Source: a virus
Length of the DNA stretch: 64,000 nucleotides
Strand: one strand, 5' to 3'
Virus record (IMG/VR): IMGVR_UViG_3300032331_001791
Location: 28,148 to 92,147 of that record
Shown: piece by piece, positions 41,169 to 51,048 of the stretch
Position numbering within the stretch: the first letter of the stretch is position 1
Layout of the letters: the number at the start of each line of letters is the position of its first letter
Translations under genes and position numbers: made by a program
Notes under the pieces: model-generated
What the model was told of the DNA's origin: nothing
Databases searched by the model: none
The model's input: the letters and a program-made list of their open reading frames with translations, nothing else

Positions 41169-42143
41169 ATGAAATATTTGATTACAGGAATAACTGGGTT
41201 TGCTGGCCCACATTTAGCTAATCTTTTAATAGAAGAAGGTCATGAAGTTCATGGATTGATTAGAGGAAGTAATGGAATGGAAACAGATATTTTAGATGTT
41301 GTGCCATTCTCTAATTTTCAAAAGATAACATTTGTTTATGGAGATCTAACTGATAGATCTAGGATGGATAAAATTATTGGAAAAGAAAAGTATAATGGTA
41401 TTTTTCACTTAGCTGCTCAATCACACCCACCAACAAGTTTCTCAGACCCTGTTGGAACATTTATGACAAATGTTCAAGGATCTGTAAATTTAATTGAAGC
41501 TGTAGTAGAATATAGTCCAACTACTAAATTTATGTTTTGTTCTACCTCGGAAGTGTATGGGAATACTGGTAAAGATGGAAGGATGTTAAAAGAAACGGAT
41601 CCTATTTTACCATCTAACCCTTATGGTAATTCAAAAGCAGCTATAGATCTTTATCTACAAGAAAGATTTACTAACAATAAGATAAATGGATTTATCACTA
41701 GAGCATTTTCTCATACTGGTCCAAGAAGAGGTAGAACATTTTCTATTTCTTCAGATGCCTTTCAGTTGGCTAAAGGTTTACAGGATAATATATTAAAAGT
41801 TGGTAATCTTACTACAACAAGAGTTGTGATGGATGTGAGAGATACTGTAAAAGCTTATTATCTTTTAATGATAAACGAAGGATCTAATAAAAAGATATAT
41901 AATGTTTGTGGCGATATCCCAAGGAAAATGGAATTTTTCACAGATATGCTTATTAGTATTCATGGTAAACCAGTCACAAAAGAAATAGAACCTAACTTCT
42001 GGAGGCCACATGATATTTTTTATCAACATGGTGATGTTTCTGAATTGAAGTCTCTTACTGGATGGACACCAGAGTTTGATATTAATACTACGCTCACTGA
42101 TTTGTATACTTACTGGGAAACAAAATTCTCAGCCAAGGGGTAA
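41169..42143 (+). CDS. GDP-mannose 4,6-dehydratase / Rmd-like SDR
   Basis: GITGFAG, HLAAQS, STSEVYG, YGNSK, RAFSHTGP. Confidence 0.85.
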   Translation: MKYLITGITGFAGPHLANLLIEEGHEVHGLIRGSNGMETDILDVVPFSNFQKITFVYGDLTDRSRMDKIIGKEKYNGIFHLAAQSHPPTSFSDPVGTFMTNVQGSVNLIEAVVEYSPTTKFMFCSTSEVYGNTGKDGRMLKETDPILPSNPYGNSKAAIDLYLQERFTNNKINGFITRAFSHTGPRRGRTFSISSDAFQLAKGLQDNILKVGNLTTTRVVMDVRDTVKAYYLLMINEGSNKKIYNVCGDIPRKMEFFTDMLISIHGKPVTKEIEPNFWRPHDIFYQHGDVSELKSLTGWTPEFDINTTLTDLYTYWETKFSAKG

Positions 42144-42146
42144 TAT

Positions 42147-42734
42147 ATGGGGGAACTATACTTACACAATTTACAAAATTATATAGATCAATATAATTGT
42201 AGATATTTCATTGAGACTGGATCTGGTAAAGGCACTGGTATAACCCACGCACTAAAATACAATTTTGAAAAATTGTATAGCATAGAGATTATTGAGGATT
42301 TATATAATTATTGTAATTCAAAATTTATAGATTCTAGATTATCATTTATAAATGATAATTCAATCAATGGATTGTCTTCTATTTTGAATTTGGTTGATGA
42401 TAAACCTTGTTTATTTTGGCTCGATGCTCATTTCCCGGGGGCTGATTTTCATTATAATTCATATGACCATCTTTCAGAAGTTCCAGAACTTCATAAACCT
42501 TTAAAGCAAGAGATAAATATTATTAAAAATTTAAGACCGTTGTCCAAGGATGTTTTTATAATTGATGACTTACAGATTTATGAAGAAGGGCCATTTGAGT
42601 TATTGAATAAAGATTTTAAGAATAAATACGGAGAAAATGGTATAGATTTTATTACAGATTCATACAAAGAAACTCATAATTTTACCAGAGATTATAGGCA
42701 TCAAGGGTTTCTAATTTTAACACCTAAAAACTAA
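42147..42734 (+). CDS. Putative SAM-dependent methyltransferase
   Basis: FIETG..G, SIE, FWLDAH, IIDD. Confidence 0.7.
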   Translation: MGELYLHNLQNYIDQYNCRYFIETGSGKGTGITHALKYNFEKLYSIEIIEDLYNYCNSKFIDSRLSFINDNSINGLSSILNLVDDKPCLFWLDAHFPGADFHYNSYDHLSEVPELHKPLKQEINIIKNLRPLSKDVFIIDDLQIYEEGPFELLNKDFKNKYGENGIDFITDSYKETHNFTRDYRHQGFLILTPKN

Positions 42735-42736
42735 CC

Positions 42737-43342
42737 ATGGAAAATAGAATATTTAATTCTTTTAATTCGGAAAGAATAGTAGAAGTTTTATTCATTTGTG
42801 AAATCTTAAAAAAATATTTTGAAGGGCAAAAGTTGCTAGATGTTGGAGGTATCCCAACTAATCATTCTTTTAATTCATCTATATATGAAACCATAAAAAA
42901 TTTAAATATTCAACATGATATAGCAGACTTTAGAGGAGGGAAGTACTCAGGTGATTTTGTAACTATAAAAATTGATGAATCGTATGATTTTATTATGTTT
43001 CTATCAAGTCTTGAACATTTTCCTCAATGCACTGAAGGTGATTTAATTTTTAGAGATAATGAAGACAGGAAAGGTTATTTGAAAGCATTAAGCATATTAA
43101 AAGATAAGGGAAAAATTATTTTAACTATACCTTTTGGAAAATTTAGATGGCAACCTTACCATCAAAATTACGATTTAGAAGCTATAATGAGATTAACAGA
43201 GGGATCTAAGATAATAGAATCGTATACTTATAAACTTAGTGGAGACAACTATTGGGAGTTAACTGATCCCAAATTGATGGGAGAAGTTTTGTACACAGAT
43301 AAAGCCTACGGTGTAGGTTGTTTTCTATTGGAGAAACTATGA
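42737..43342 (+). CDS. Methyltransferase-like protein (DUF268-like)
   Basis: LLDVGG, SSLEH, G.IILTIPFG. Confidence 0.7.
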   Translation: MENRIFNSFNSERIVEVLFICEILKKYFEGQKLLDVGGIPTNHSFNSSIYETIKNLNIQHDIADFRGGKYSGDFVTIKIDESYDFIMFLSSLEHFPQCTEGDLIFRDNEDRKGYLKALSILKDKGKIILTIPFGKFRWQPYHQNYDLEAIMRLTEGSKIIESYTYKLSGDNYWELTDPKLMGEVLYTDKAYGVGCFLLEKL

Positions 43343-44319
43343 AAAAGAAAATACTAATTTGTGGTGGTGGTGGATTTATTGGACATCATCTTGCTCGTAG
43401 ACTTCACAATCAAGGACATATAGTCGTTGTTGCTGACATAAAATATGAAAATGAATATCTAAGAGCAGATAAATTTTGCAAGACTTATATATCAGTAAAT
43501 CTTACAAAAGAATCTGGTTGGGAAACATTAGACAGAATATACCAGGGCTTTGATGAAGTTTATCAGTTAGCAGCAGATATGGGTGGGGCAGGATATATCT
43601 TTACAGGAGAAAATGATTTCAATGTAATGACTAACTCTGCTCAAATAAATCTTCATGCTGTGAATTGGGCAGTAATATGGAAAGCAAAAATCTTCTATTC
43701 TAGCTCTGCGTGTATGTATCCAGCATATAACCAGGAGGATCCTAGCAATCCAAACTGCAAGGAAGACTCAGCTTATCCAGCAGCCCCAGACTCAGAGTAT
43801 GGATGGGAGAAGCTATTCTCAGAAAGACTTTATCTAACAGCTAACCGAAATATGGGATTACAAGTTCGTATTGCTAGATTTCATAATATCTTTGGACCAG
43901 AAGGTACTTGGAATGGCGGTAAGGAGAAGGCTCCTGCTGCTATTTGTAGAAAGGTAGCTGAAGCTAAGAACGGCGGCACAATAGAGATTTGGGGAGATGG
44001 ACTACAAACCAGATCTTTCCTCTACATTGATGAGTGTGTAGAAGGTATTCTTAGACTAATGGAATTAGACTTCCCTGGTCCAGTTAATATTGGATCTGAT
44101 GAGATGATTGCTATTAATGATTTAGCTAGTATGGTGATTAAATTATCTGGAAAAAATATAACTGTGAAAAATATTCCAGGTCCGCAAGGAGTTAGGGGTA
44201 GAAATAGCGATAATGAACTCATATTCAAGAAATTGCAATGGAGACCTACCCAACCTCTAGAAGTTGGAATGAAAAAGACTTTTGAATGGATAAACAATCA
44301 AGTTAGTAATAGTATATAA
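43339..44319 (+). CDS. GDP-mannose 3,5-epimerase-like SDR
   Basis: GGGGFIG, AADMGG, SSACMYP, YGWEK, RFHNIFGP, EKAPAAICRK. Confidence 0.9.
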   Translation: MKKKILICGGGGFIGHHLARRLHNQGHIVVVADIKYENEYLRADKFCKTYISVNLTKESGWETLDRIYQGFDEVYQLAADMGGAGYIFTGENDFNVMTNSAQINLHAVNWAVIWKAKIFYSSSACMYPAYNQEDPSNPNCKEDSAYPAAPDSEYGWEKLFSERLYLTANRNMGLQVRIARFHNIFGPEGTWNGGKEKAPAAICRKVAEAKNGGTIEIWGDGLQTRSFLYIDECVEGILRLMELDFPGPVNIGSDEMIAINDLASMVIKLSGKNITVKNIPGPQGVRGRNSDNELIFKKLQWRPTQPLEVGMKKTFEWINNQVSNSI

Positions 44320-44321
44320 CT

Positions 44322-45806
44322 ATGAAGCCAAGCTTCAGGAGTTATATGAACACTATTACTAAATTTTTAATCAGTGCTTTTTTATTCGTTTCATTTTTGG
44401 GAATAGTTAAGGCAGATGGTCCTGCTTGGACTTATTACTCTGCTCAAATTGCTAACGATGTAGGCATAGGAAAAGATTTCACAGTCATTTCCTCCAGGAA
44501 TGGAGGCAGCGATCCAAACGGTACTACAGGCACAGGAACTAGCGCAGGAACGGTCAGGCTGCTTGATAATGTAAATGGTCAAGTAGTCTGGCAATACCAG
44601 CCTTGGCAGTTTGCAGAGGTTAAGGTTGACGCTGCTTGGGATGCTAATGTCTTTGCTGTAATTAGCTCTGAGAGAAACTCTACTTTTAGCAAGTTTGATT
44701 ATTGGTTAAGAGTTTGGACAGGAGGAACTCCAAACCTAGCCTTTGAACTTAAGCTTAATCCTATTTTTGAATATAGTAATTTTGATTCTAATTTAGAATA
44801 TTATCTTGGAAAGATGAATGTTCATGTTTCCAAGGATGGCAAGACAATTGTCGCTTGGATGATGTCAGGACAGCGTGGTAATATCTGGACTCTTGATCTT
44901 CCATCAGGAACCTGGAGAGCGCATAAGTGGGATAATATATTTCCACTATCTCCATCCACAAATAACTATGGTTGCTCTCGCTTAAGTGAAGATGGCAAAC
45001 TTTTAGTTATAGCCAGTATAGGTTATACTGCTGGATTTCATACTGATCCTTTGTCAGATGATACTTCTGTAGTTGAAGTTTATGGATATCAATGGGCTCC
45101 CCAATTCCCAGCCTTATGGGAATATGTCAATCCATCATCTGGAGGAATTGCTTTTGCAAGACAAGCGAAAAATGCTCAAGTAAAGATTGCAAGCTTTATT
45201 GGCTATACAAGACTTGATGTAGACCATTTACAGAAGTTTCCATCAGCTTGGTTCCCCGAAGCTAATTACAGTTCCTTTGGTTGGTGGCATTGGATAAAAT
45301 CTGAATGGAATGACCCAGAAGGTTACGCAATGTCTATATCAATGTCTCCTGATGGAAACACGATGTGCGTTGGAACTATAAAGCAAGTTGCTCCAACTGC
45401 ATTTTATCCAGATTCTTGTGGACTAGCTTTCTATCAAATTAATGCTGGTTATCAGCGTCAGCCAGCGTTAGGATATACTGATCCAAATAATGCTTCAGCA
45501 TGGCCCGTAAGAGTTAATAATATCACAATACCAAATCCAGTAACAACAGCGTCACCAGGATATCAAACTATTGATTGGATAAATAATAATACAATCATTG
45601 CACTTTCTTCTTTGTCAAATAACAATTTACTTGTACTTAGAAAGAATGCAGGAGTTTGGGGAATAACCGCAGCGTATCCAATGGATGCTACTGCTCAGGG
45701 AAACTTATTATCCTTTAATTCAAATGGTAAGGTTGGAGTTGTAAAAGGTGCTCCAACAGGTCAGCCTGTTGGATCATATTTGACAATGTACAACATCACA
45801 CCTTGA
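44322..45806 (+). CDS. Exported beta-propeller-like protein
   Basis: Signal peptide (..VKA|D); repeated S.DG blade motifs; Trp-rich. Confidence 0.6.
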   Translation: MKPSFRSYMNTITKFLISAFLFVSFLGIVKADGPAWTYYSAQIANDVGIGKDFTVISSRNGGSDPNGTTGTGTSAGTVRLLDNVNGQVVWQYQPWQFAEVKVDAAWDANVFAVISSERNSTFSKFDYWLRVWTGGTPNLAFELKLNPIFEYSNFDSNLEYYLGKMNVHVSKDGKTIVAWMMSGQRGNIWTLDLPSGTWRAHKWDNIFPLSPSTNNYGCSRLSEDGKLLVIASIGYTAGFHTDPLSDDTSVVEVYGYQWAPQFPALWEYVNPSSGGIAFARQAKNAQVKIASFIGYTRLDVDHLQKFPSAWFPEANYSSFGWWHWIKSEWNDPEGYAMSISMSPDGNTMCVGTIKQVAPTAFYPDSCGLAFYQINAGYQRQPALGYTDPNNASAWPVRVNNITIPNPVTTASPGYQTIDWINNNTIIALSSLSNNNLLVLRKNAGVWGITAAYPMDATAQGNLLSFNSNGKVGVVKGAPTGQPVGSYLTMYNITP

Positions 45807-45812
45807 AATAAA

Positions 45813-45860
45813 TTGAAAAAAATTCCTCCTAAAGCTATTATACTTTAGGAGGAATTTTTT
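45813..45860 (+). promoter_or_regulatory. Sigma70-type promoter embedded in an 18-bp hairpin that covers the downstream SD
   Basis: TTGAAA-17-TATTAT; stem 45817-45834/45843-45860 contains AGGAGG. Confidence 0.7.
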
Positions 45861-47636
45861 ATGTCTTTTTCAATAAATGTACAATTCCCTAATGGTTTAA
45901 GGGGACAATCTTACGACAACTTACCTGGCCTTATAATTAAGGATTCTTCAGGAAATCCAGTTATTGGAGCAATGATTTTTTCTGAAAAAACCGATGGTTG
46001 GTTGTGGGGCATTATTAGGTTAACCAATGGATTAATTTCCCCAACAAATAATCAAGTAAATTCATCCGTAGGTATCGTATCTATTGAAAAAATAGATTTT
46101 ATGTGGAAAGATATAGTCTTTCACACAGAATCAAAAGTATACATGAGACCTAGAGGAATTCTAGAAATTCCTTTTGCATTTAGGTGCGAGGATAATTATG
46201 GAAGAGAGAATCCTTTAGATAAATGCTTAACTAAAACTAGAATCAAGAAGCTGGATAATTATGGCCCAACTAATTATAAACAACCTACAGTAGATACTGT
46301 TCAACAGAATAAAGTTATTAAACAGGCTCTTACTGAAATAGATAAAGCTATCCATGCTCCGGGGTATGTTTACAACAATGAGGCAGAAAACCTATCTTAT
46401 CAATTTAAAAAATTAGGACCTTTTACAGTTGAAGGCTACCCTAATGGATATGCTCATGGTGGTTATGGAATAGATCCTAATCACGGCTATGAAGGTGTTC
46501 CATCAATGCTCAAGTATCATTTTGAGATGGCAAGAGCTAATATGCATAGACAATTCTGTGATGCTATTTCAATTGATACTTTTGAACCAGTTTCTCTATA
46601 TGAATGGAAAACTCCTGTAGGCCGAGACTTAATGAAAGGTCAGGAAGGTAGGCAAAATGAAATAGAATTGCTTCCTTTCTTGGTTGGTGATTATAATACT
46701 TATCAATATAAAGTTCATAGTAAGTTTAATGTAGAGCCTGATTATGTAAAGGAACTTTGGGAATATCGCCCAAATGATTTAGCGCATATTATTCGTGTCG
46801 TTAGGCATTTGATTCCATTAGTAGAATATTTACCAACTACTAATCCTATTCGTAGGTGTGCTTTATATGATTTGAGAATGATAGCAGAAGACTGCCGTTA
46901 TCAAGCTTGGTCAGATCGTAGAGATGAGTTGGCTACTCCAGCATACCCAGGTCAGTGGATTCCACAAACGCTAACCAGAATGATGATAGAGCCAGCATTT
47001 AAAGGGCATCCAAGACTAGAAAGAAATGCTGGTTGGATGGCATACCTAGGTGCGTGCATGATTAAGTATCAAGGTCCATTAGGGTGGGGAACTTGGGCAG
47101 ATAATATGCTTGATGTATTTCAAAAGTATCAGGATGAATATTCGATACCTCATAGAGATACACACCCTACAGCTTTTCCAGAGGGAGCAAGAGGGACCCA
47201 AATTTTTCATATGGCTATTCTAGGCATAGGGGCTACGGCTCTATCAGTACAAAAACAAATGAAAGGTTACGATTGGATTGAGCGCATGGCTACCTCAATT
47301 TATCTTAGACAATCCCCTCTGAAGGATCCTTATGGAGGTTCTACTTACGGGCCTCCTCATTGGTGGCAAACAGAGCAAAATGGAAAAACTATAATTCCCC
47401 CCTCCTTTTCGATGCACGGAGACCCTGCTCACACTCTGGCTTTTATGGCTTTGATTATAAAGTATACAAAAACACCAACAGTGGCTGTTGAATTTTTAAG
47501 AAAGAGTTTAATTTTTTACACTCCTTCCAACAATCTCACGGAGAGGCTTGCCTTATTCCAAAAAATGCAAAATAAATCTTGGATAGCGCATATGCAATCA
47601 GAGATAGAGCAAAGAAGTACCTCCCCTCGTAGATAA
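45861..47636 (+). CDS. Hypothetical protein (591 aa)
   Basis: Long ORF with strong SD; no motif recognised. Confidence 0.6.
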   Translation: MSFSINVQFPNGLRGQSYDNLPGLIIKDSSGNPVIGAMIFSEKTDGWLWGIIRLTNGLISPTNNQVNSSVGIVSIEKIDFMWKDIVFHTESKVYMRPRGILEIPFAFRCEDNYGRENPLDKCLTKTRIKKLDNYGPTNYKQPTVDTVQQNKVIKQALTEIDKAIHAPGYVYNNEAENLSYQFKKLGPFTVEGYPNGYAHGGYGIDPNHGYEGVPSMLKYHFEMARANMHRQFCDAISIDTFEPVSLYEWKTPVGRDLMKGQEGRQNEIELLPFLVGDYNTYQYKVHSKFNVEPDYVKELWEYRPNDLAHIIRVVRHLIPLVEYLPTTNPIRRCALYDLRMIAEDCRYQAWSDRRDELATPAYPGQWIPQTLTRMMIEPAFKGHPRLERNAGWMAYLGACMIKYQGPLGWGTWADNMLDVFQKYQDEYSIPHRDTHPTAFPEGARGTQIFHMAILGIGATALSVQKQMKGYDWIERMATSIYLRQSPLKDPYGGSTYGPPHWWQTEQNGKTIIPPSFSMHGDPAHTLAFMALIIKYTKTPTVAVEFLRKSLIFYTPSNNLTERLALFQKMQNKSWIAHMQSEIEQRSTSPRR

Positions 47637-47665
47637 AAAAGATAATATTTGTCTATAATGAGAGC

Positions 47666-48118
47666 ATGATGAAAAATATTATGCTCTCATTAATTTTTAC
47701 TCTTGGAATGACTCTTCCTTCTAGTTCACAAGGAACAACTTATTGTACTTCCAATCCTAATTCTAGTGGTAATACTGCTAGTATTTCTTTCTGTATTAAT
47801 GATGGTGGCCCACCTCCCCCTAACCCTTGGTGTGCTGTTATGCTTAACGCACCAGCAGGAGTCTACACACAACTTTTGTGTGGTACTTCTCCAATGTCAA
47901 ACCCTTTTGGGAATGGTATGTTTTGCATGAATCCTATGCATCCAATTTATCGTGTTGGCCCTATGATTATTACAGCACCTAATGGTAGTGCTGTGCAATG
48001 GATTAATTGGGGTGTTCTTCCGAACCCTATGATGCAACCTTTGTACTTCCAATGGATCTTCCGTGATCCTACTGCTACGGGATTTTCTTATAATACTTCT
48101 AATGCTATGGTGTACTGA
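47666..48118 (+). CDS. Exported protein resembling a planctomycete surface-protein C-terminal domain
   Basis: Signal peptide plus YC.SNPNSSG..A.I...PFGNG.FC...FQW.FRDP...N.SNA. Confidence 0.6.
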   Translation: MMKNIMLSLIFTLGMTLPSSSQGTTYCTSNPNSSGNTASISFCINDGGPPPPNPWCAVMLNAPAGVYTQLLCGTSPMSNPFGNGMFCMNPMHPIYRVGPMIITAPNGSAVQWINWGVLPNPMMQPLYFQWIFRDPTATGFSYNTSNAMVY

Positions 48119-48447
48119 TGAATTTTAAACAATATCAAGAAGAAGCATCTAAATTCGCTATCTATAAGGATACGGTAATCTACCCATCACTCGGCCTTGC
48201 GTCTGAAGCAGGAGAGGTGTGTGATAAGATTAAAAAAATAATGAGGGATAAAACCTCAAATGACTTTGAAATTAGTAAGCAGGATGCTGACAAAATAGCA
48301 GCAGAGCTTGGTGATGTACTTTGGTATGTTTCGGCTCTTGCTACTGATCTTGGTCTTAAACTAGAAGATATTGCTAAACAAAATATTAGCAAGCTTCAGG
48401 ATCGGAAAGACCGTGATAAGCTTAAAGGTTCTGGAGATAATCGTTAA
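48118..48447 (+). CDS. MazG-like NTP pyrophosphohydrolase
   Basis: LGLASEAGEV..KIKK, ELGDVLWY, N..KL.DR..GSGDNR. Confidence 0.9.
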   Translation: MNFKQYQEEASKFAIYKDTVIYPSLGLASEAGEVCDKIKKIMRDKTSNDFEISKQDADKIAAELGDVLWYVSALATDLGLKLEDIAKQNISKLQDRKDRDKLKGSGDNR

Positions 48448-48836
48448 TGGACGATCTGCCGCCGCCGATGCGGGTTGCAATCAAACAAGCGCATCGTTCA
48501 ACAGCAAGATTTAAGGTTGGTGCTGCTATCGCAAGGGGTAAAAAAGTCCTTGCAGCAGCACACAATCTTTGGAAGACTCACCCTAAGTTCGGATCAGGGT
48601 TTTATGGTAACTTACACGCAGAAGGCCATGCCATTTATAAAGCTTTAAGAATGGGGCATGACCTAAGTGGTTGTACCATATATGTTTATCGTAAGAATAA
48701 TAATTTGGCTAAACCGTGTAAGCATTGCCAAGCTTTAATAGAGAAATACGGTATTACCGATGTTGTATACAGTGGAGCTACAGACTATGGATCAATCAAT
48801 TATAAAGAAACTAAAAACAGCAGGATTGCTGTCTGA
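48447..48836 (+). CDS. Cytidine/deoxycytidylate deaminase-family protein
   Basis: VGA, HAE, PCKHC. Confidence 0.85.
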   Translation: MDDLPPPMRVAIKQAHRSTARFKVGAAIARGKKVLAAAHNLWKTHPKFGSGFYGNLHAEGHAIYKALRMGHDLSGCTIYVYRKNNNLAKPCKHCQALIEKYGITDVVYSGATDYGSINYKETKNSRIAV

Positions 48837-49761
48837 TACACAGACAGACTTAGGATTTATCTCAACAGGCAGTTATGCCCTGAACAAGATTATCTCAGGT
48901 GATTATACCAAAGGTATACCTATTGGTATGATTACACAGTTCCATGGAGAAGCAAGCACGGCTAAGACTGTGTTTGCTACTCATATTTTAAGAGAAGCAC
49001 AAAAGCTTGGTCACTATACAATGCTTGTGGATAGTGAGAATGCATATAACCCAGACTTCGCTAGAAAGCTTGGTATTGATCCTGAGAAGCTGATATACGC
49101 TGCTCCAGAGACTTTGGAGGACTGCTTTGATGTTATCGAGACCACTATCAAGTCTATTCGTGAATCTGATACAGAGACTCCTATCGTGATTGCATACGAC
49201 AGTATTGCAGTTAGCCCTTGCAAGGCAGAGTATGAGGCAGAAAACTACGATGGTAATAATATGCAAGGAGCAGTAAGAGCTAAGACTACAGGCAACTGCT
49301 TACGCAAACTTAACCCTTTAATGCGTAAGTACAAAGTAGCTTTAATCATAATTAACCAGATTAGAAATAAAGTTGGAGTTATGTATGGCGACCCAACGAC
49401 TTTAGCTTCAGGAGGCAAATCACTAGAATATTACTTAGGAGTAAATTTAAAGACCATCTCTAATAAAACAAGTGATTTAGTTAAAGAAGATACTGGAAAA
49501 GTTATAGGAATTCAAGGATCTGTTCGCAATACAAAAAATAAAGTGTCTGTTCCTTTTAGAGAATGTGAATTTGAGTTAATTTATGATAGTGGATTAAATC
49601 CTTATTTTGGTCTTTTAGAATTACTAGTCGAAGATAAATTAGTTACACAATCTGGAGCGTGGTATACTTATGAAGATCAAAAATTTCAAAAAAAGATATT
49701 TTATGATGAATTTTCTTCTGATAAATTTAAAAAACTAAGAAAATTTTTAGGGTTGGAGTAG
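48787..49761 (+). CDS. recA: RecA/UvsX recombinase
   Basis: STGS..LN, GEASTAKT, DSE, DS, INQIR, GG..L, KNK. Confidence 0.95.
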   Translation: MDQSIIKKLKTAGLLSDTQTDLGFISTGSYALNKIISGDYTKGIPIGMITQFHGEASTAKTVFATHILREAQKLGHYTMLVDSENAYNPDFARKLGIDPEKLIYAAPETLEDCFDVIETTIKSIRESDTETPIVIAYDSIAVSPCKAEYEAENYDGNNMQGAVRAKTTGNCLRKLNPLMRKYKVALIIINQIRNKVGVMYGDPTTLASGGKSLEYYLGVNLKTISNKTSDLVKEDTGKVIGIQGSVRNTKNKVSVPFRECEFELIYDSGLNPYFGLLELLVEDKLVTQSGAWYTYEDQKFQKKIFYDEFSSDKFKKLRKFLGLE

Positions 49762-49774
49762 TATATACATTTAA

Positions 49775-50245
49775 ATGATGTACTCCTGCTCTAAATGTAA
49801 AAACATATTATCTGAAGAGAACTTTTGCAATAATAAAGCAAGGCATAATGGAAAATCTGCTTATTGTAAAAACTGTGATAATGAAAGAAAAAAGACATAT
49901 TCAAAAACAGAAAAAGGAAAAATCGCCAATAAAAGAAGGCAAAGACGAGTTGATAAATCAAAAATAAAAGAATATCAAAAAATAAGCAGAAAAAAAAGAC
50001 AAGAGTTAGTTGATGAAGTAAAAAAGAAAGGTTGCTTTCTTTGTGGATATAATAAAACTTTTATCGCTTTAGATCTTCATCATTTAGAAGAAGACTTCAA
50101 GGTTGATACATTATCAAACATGATTTACTCTTCCTCACTAAAAAAAATAGAACAAGAATTAAAAAAATGCATTGTTTTATGTGCAAACTGTCATAGGGAA
50201 GTTCATCATTCTGAACACCTACGAAATTTATTAAAAATAAGTTGA
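49775..50245 (+). CDS. Free-standing HNH endonuclease
   Basis: CSKC, CKNC, CFLCGY..ALD.HH, KCIVLCANCHREVH. Confidence 0.85.
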   Translation: MMYSCSKCKNILSEENFCNNKARHNGKSAYCKNCDNERKKTYSKTEKGKIANKRRQRRVDKSKIKEYQKISRKKRQELVDEVKKKGCFLCGYNKTFIALDLHHLEEDFKVDTLSNMIYSSSLKKIEQELKKCIVLCANCHREVHHSEHLRNLLKIS

Positions 50246-50293
50246 ATTAGGTAGCTCACCTACTATAATTATAACAGGCCCGAAAGGCTAACT

Positions 50294-50560
50294 ATGAAAG
50301 AAAACGATCTTTACACTGAACTTACTAATTTAGTAGATTCAGCTTTTGAAAAACATTTTAAAGGAAAGAAAATGGATAATAACCAAACTCAATTGACCCA
50401 GTCCAATCAAAATACTGCCAGCAACACTAACCCTAAGTATCACACTATTGAGGAGTATACTAAGGCTACGGGTAAGCGTTTCCGAATGACCAAGGAGCAA
50501 ATGCAACGCGAAATCACCCGTGAACAAGCATTTGCAGAATTCCTTAAAACTATTAAGTGA
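50294..50560 (+). CDS. Hypothetical protein
   Basis: ORF downstream of a TATAAT element. Confidence 0.55.
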   Translation: MKENDLYTELTNLVDSAFEKHFKGKKMDNNQTQLTQSNQNTASNTNPKYHTIEEYTKATGKRFRMTKEQMQREITREQAFAEFLKTIK

Positions 50561-50561
50561 G

Positions 50562-50759
50562 ATGGGTAAGTCATTTAAAAGAAATAATTCAGATAGCTAC
50601 AAGTACGGTAGCAATAAAAAACCAAAGAAACCTAATCATACTCGCCGTTTTTCCAACTTTGAGTCTAAGTTAGAGGAAGAGAGGGAAGAATGGCGAGAAG
50701 CTTTTAAGGATTTAAATAAAACAGAGAATTCTGACAATGACCGAAGAGATACAAAATAG
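50562..50759 (+). CDS. Small basic hypothetical protein
   Basis: MGKSFKR...; operon packing. Confidence 0.5.
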   Translation: MGKSFKRNNSDSYKYGSNKKPKKPNHTRRFSNFESKLEEEREEWREAFKDLNKTENSDNDRRDTK

Positions 50760-51048
50760 TTATGATTCGATAGAAACTTTTGATTGGGAGCCAATATCCT
50801 TCCCAATTTATGATGTTCCAGAAAATGATATTTATGCAATTTGGGATATCCATGGAAATAAGATGTTGGCTAATAATTGCCCAGCTAAGTGGCAATTTCA
50901 AGAACTTGTAGAATATTATGTTCAAAATCGAATGGACAGATACCTACATAATATTGAATGGAGTGTAGAATATGCCTACGACATATGTTCCAAAAACACC
51001 TCACCTAGCTCAGACCAAGATTCAGAAGATAGCCAAGAAGCTAATTGA
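50737..51048 (+). CDS. Hypothetical protein
   Basis: Operon packing. Confidence 0.5.
   Translation: MTEEIQNSYDSIETFDWEPISFPIYDVPENDIYAIWDIHGNKMLANNCPAKWQFQELVEYYVQNRMDRYLHNIEWSVEYAYDICSKNTSPSSDQDSEDSQEAN

Noticed and set aside
48118-48836. 2-aminoadenine or other base-substitution pathway
   Set aside because: MazG, deaminase and PolA are generic; no PurZ, Que/Dpd or hydroxymethylase genes in the window
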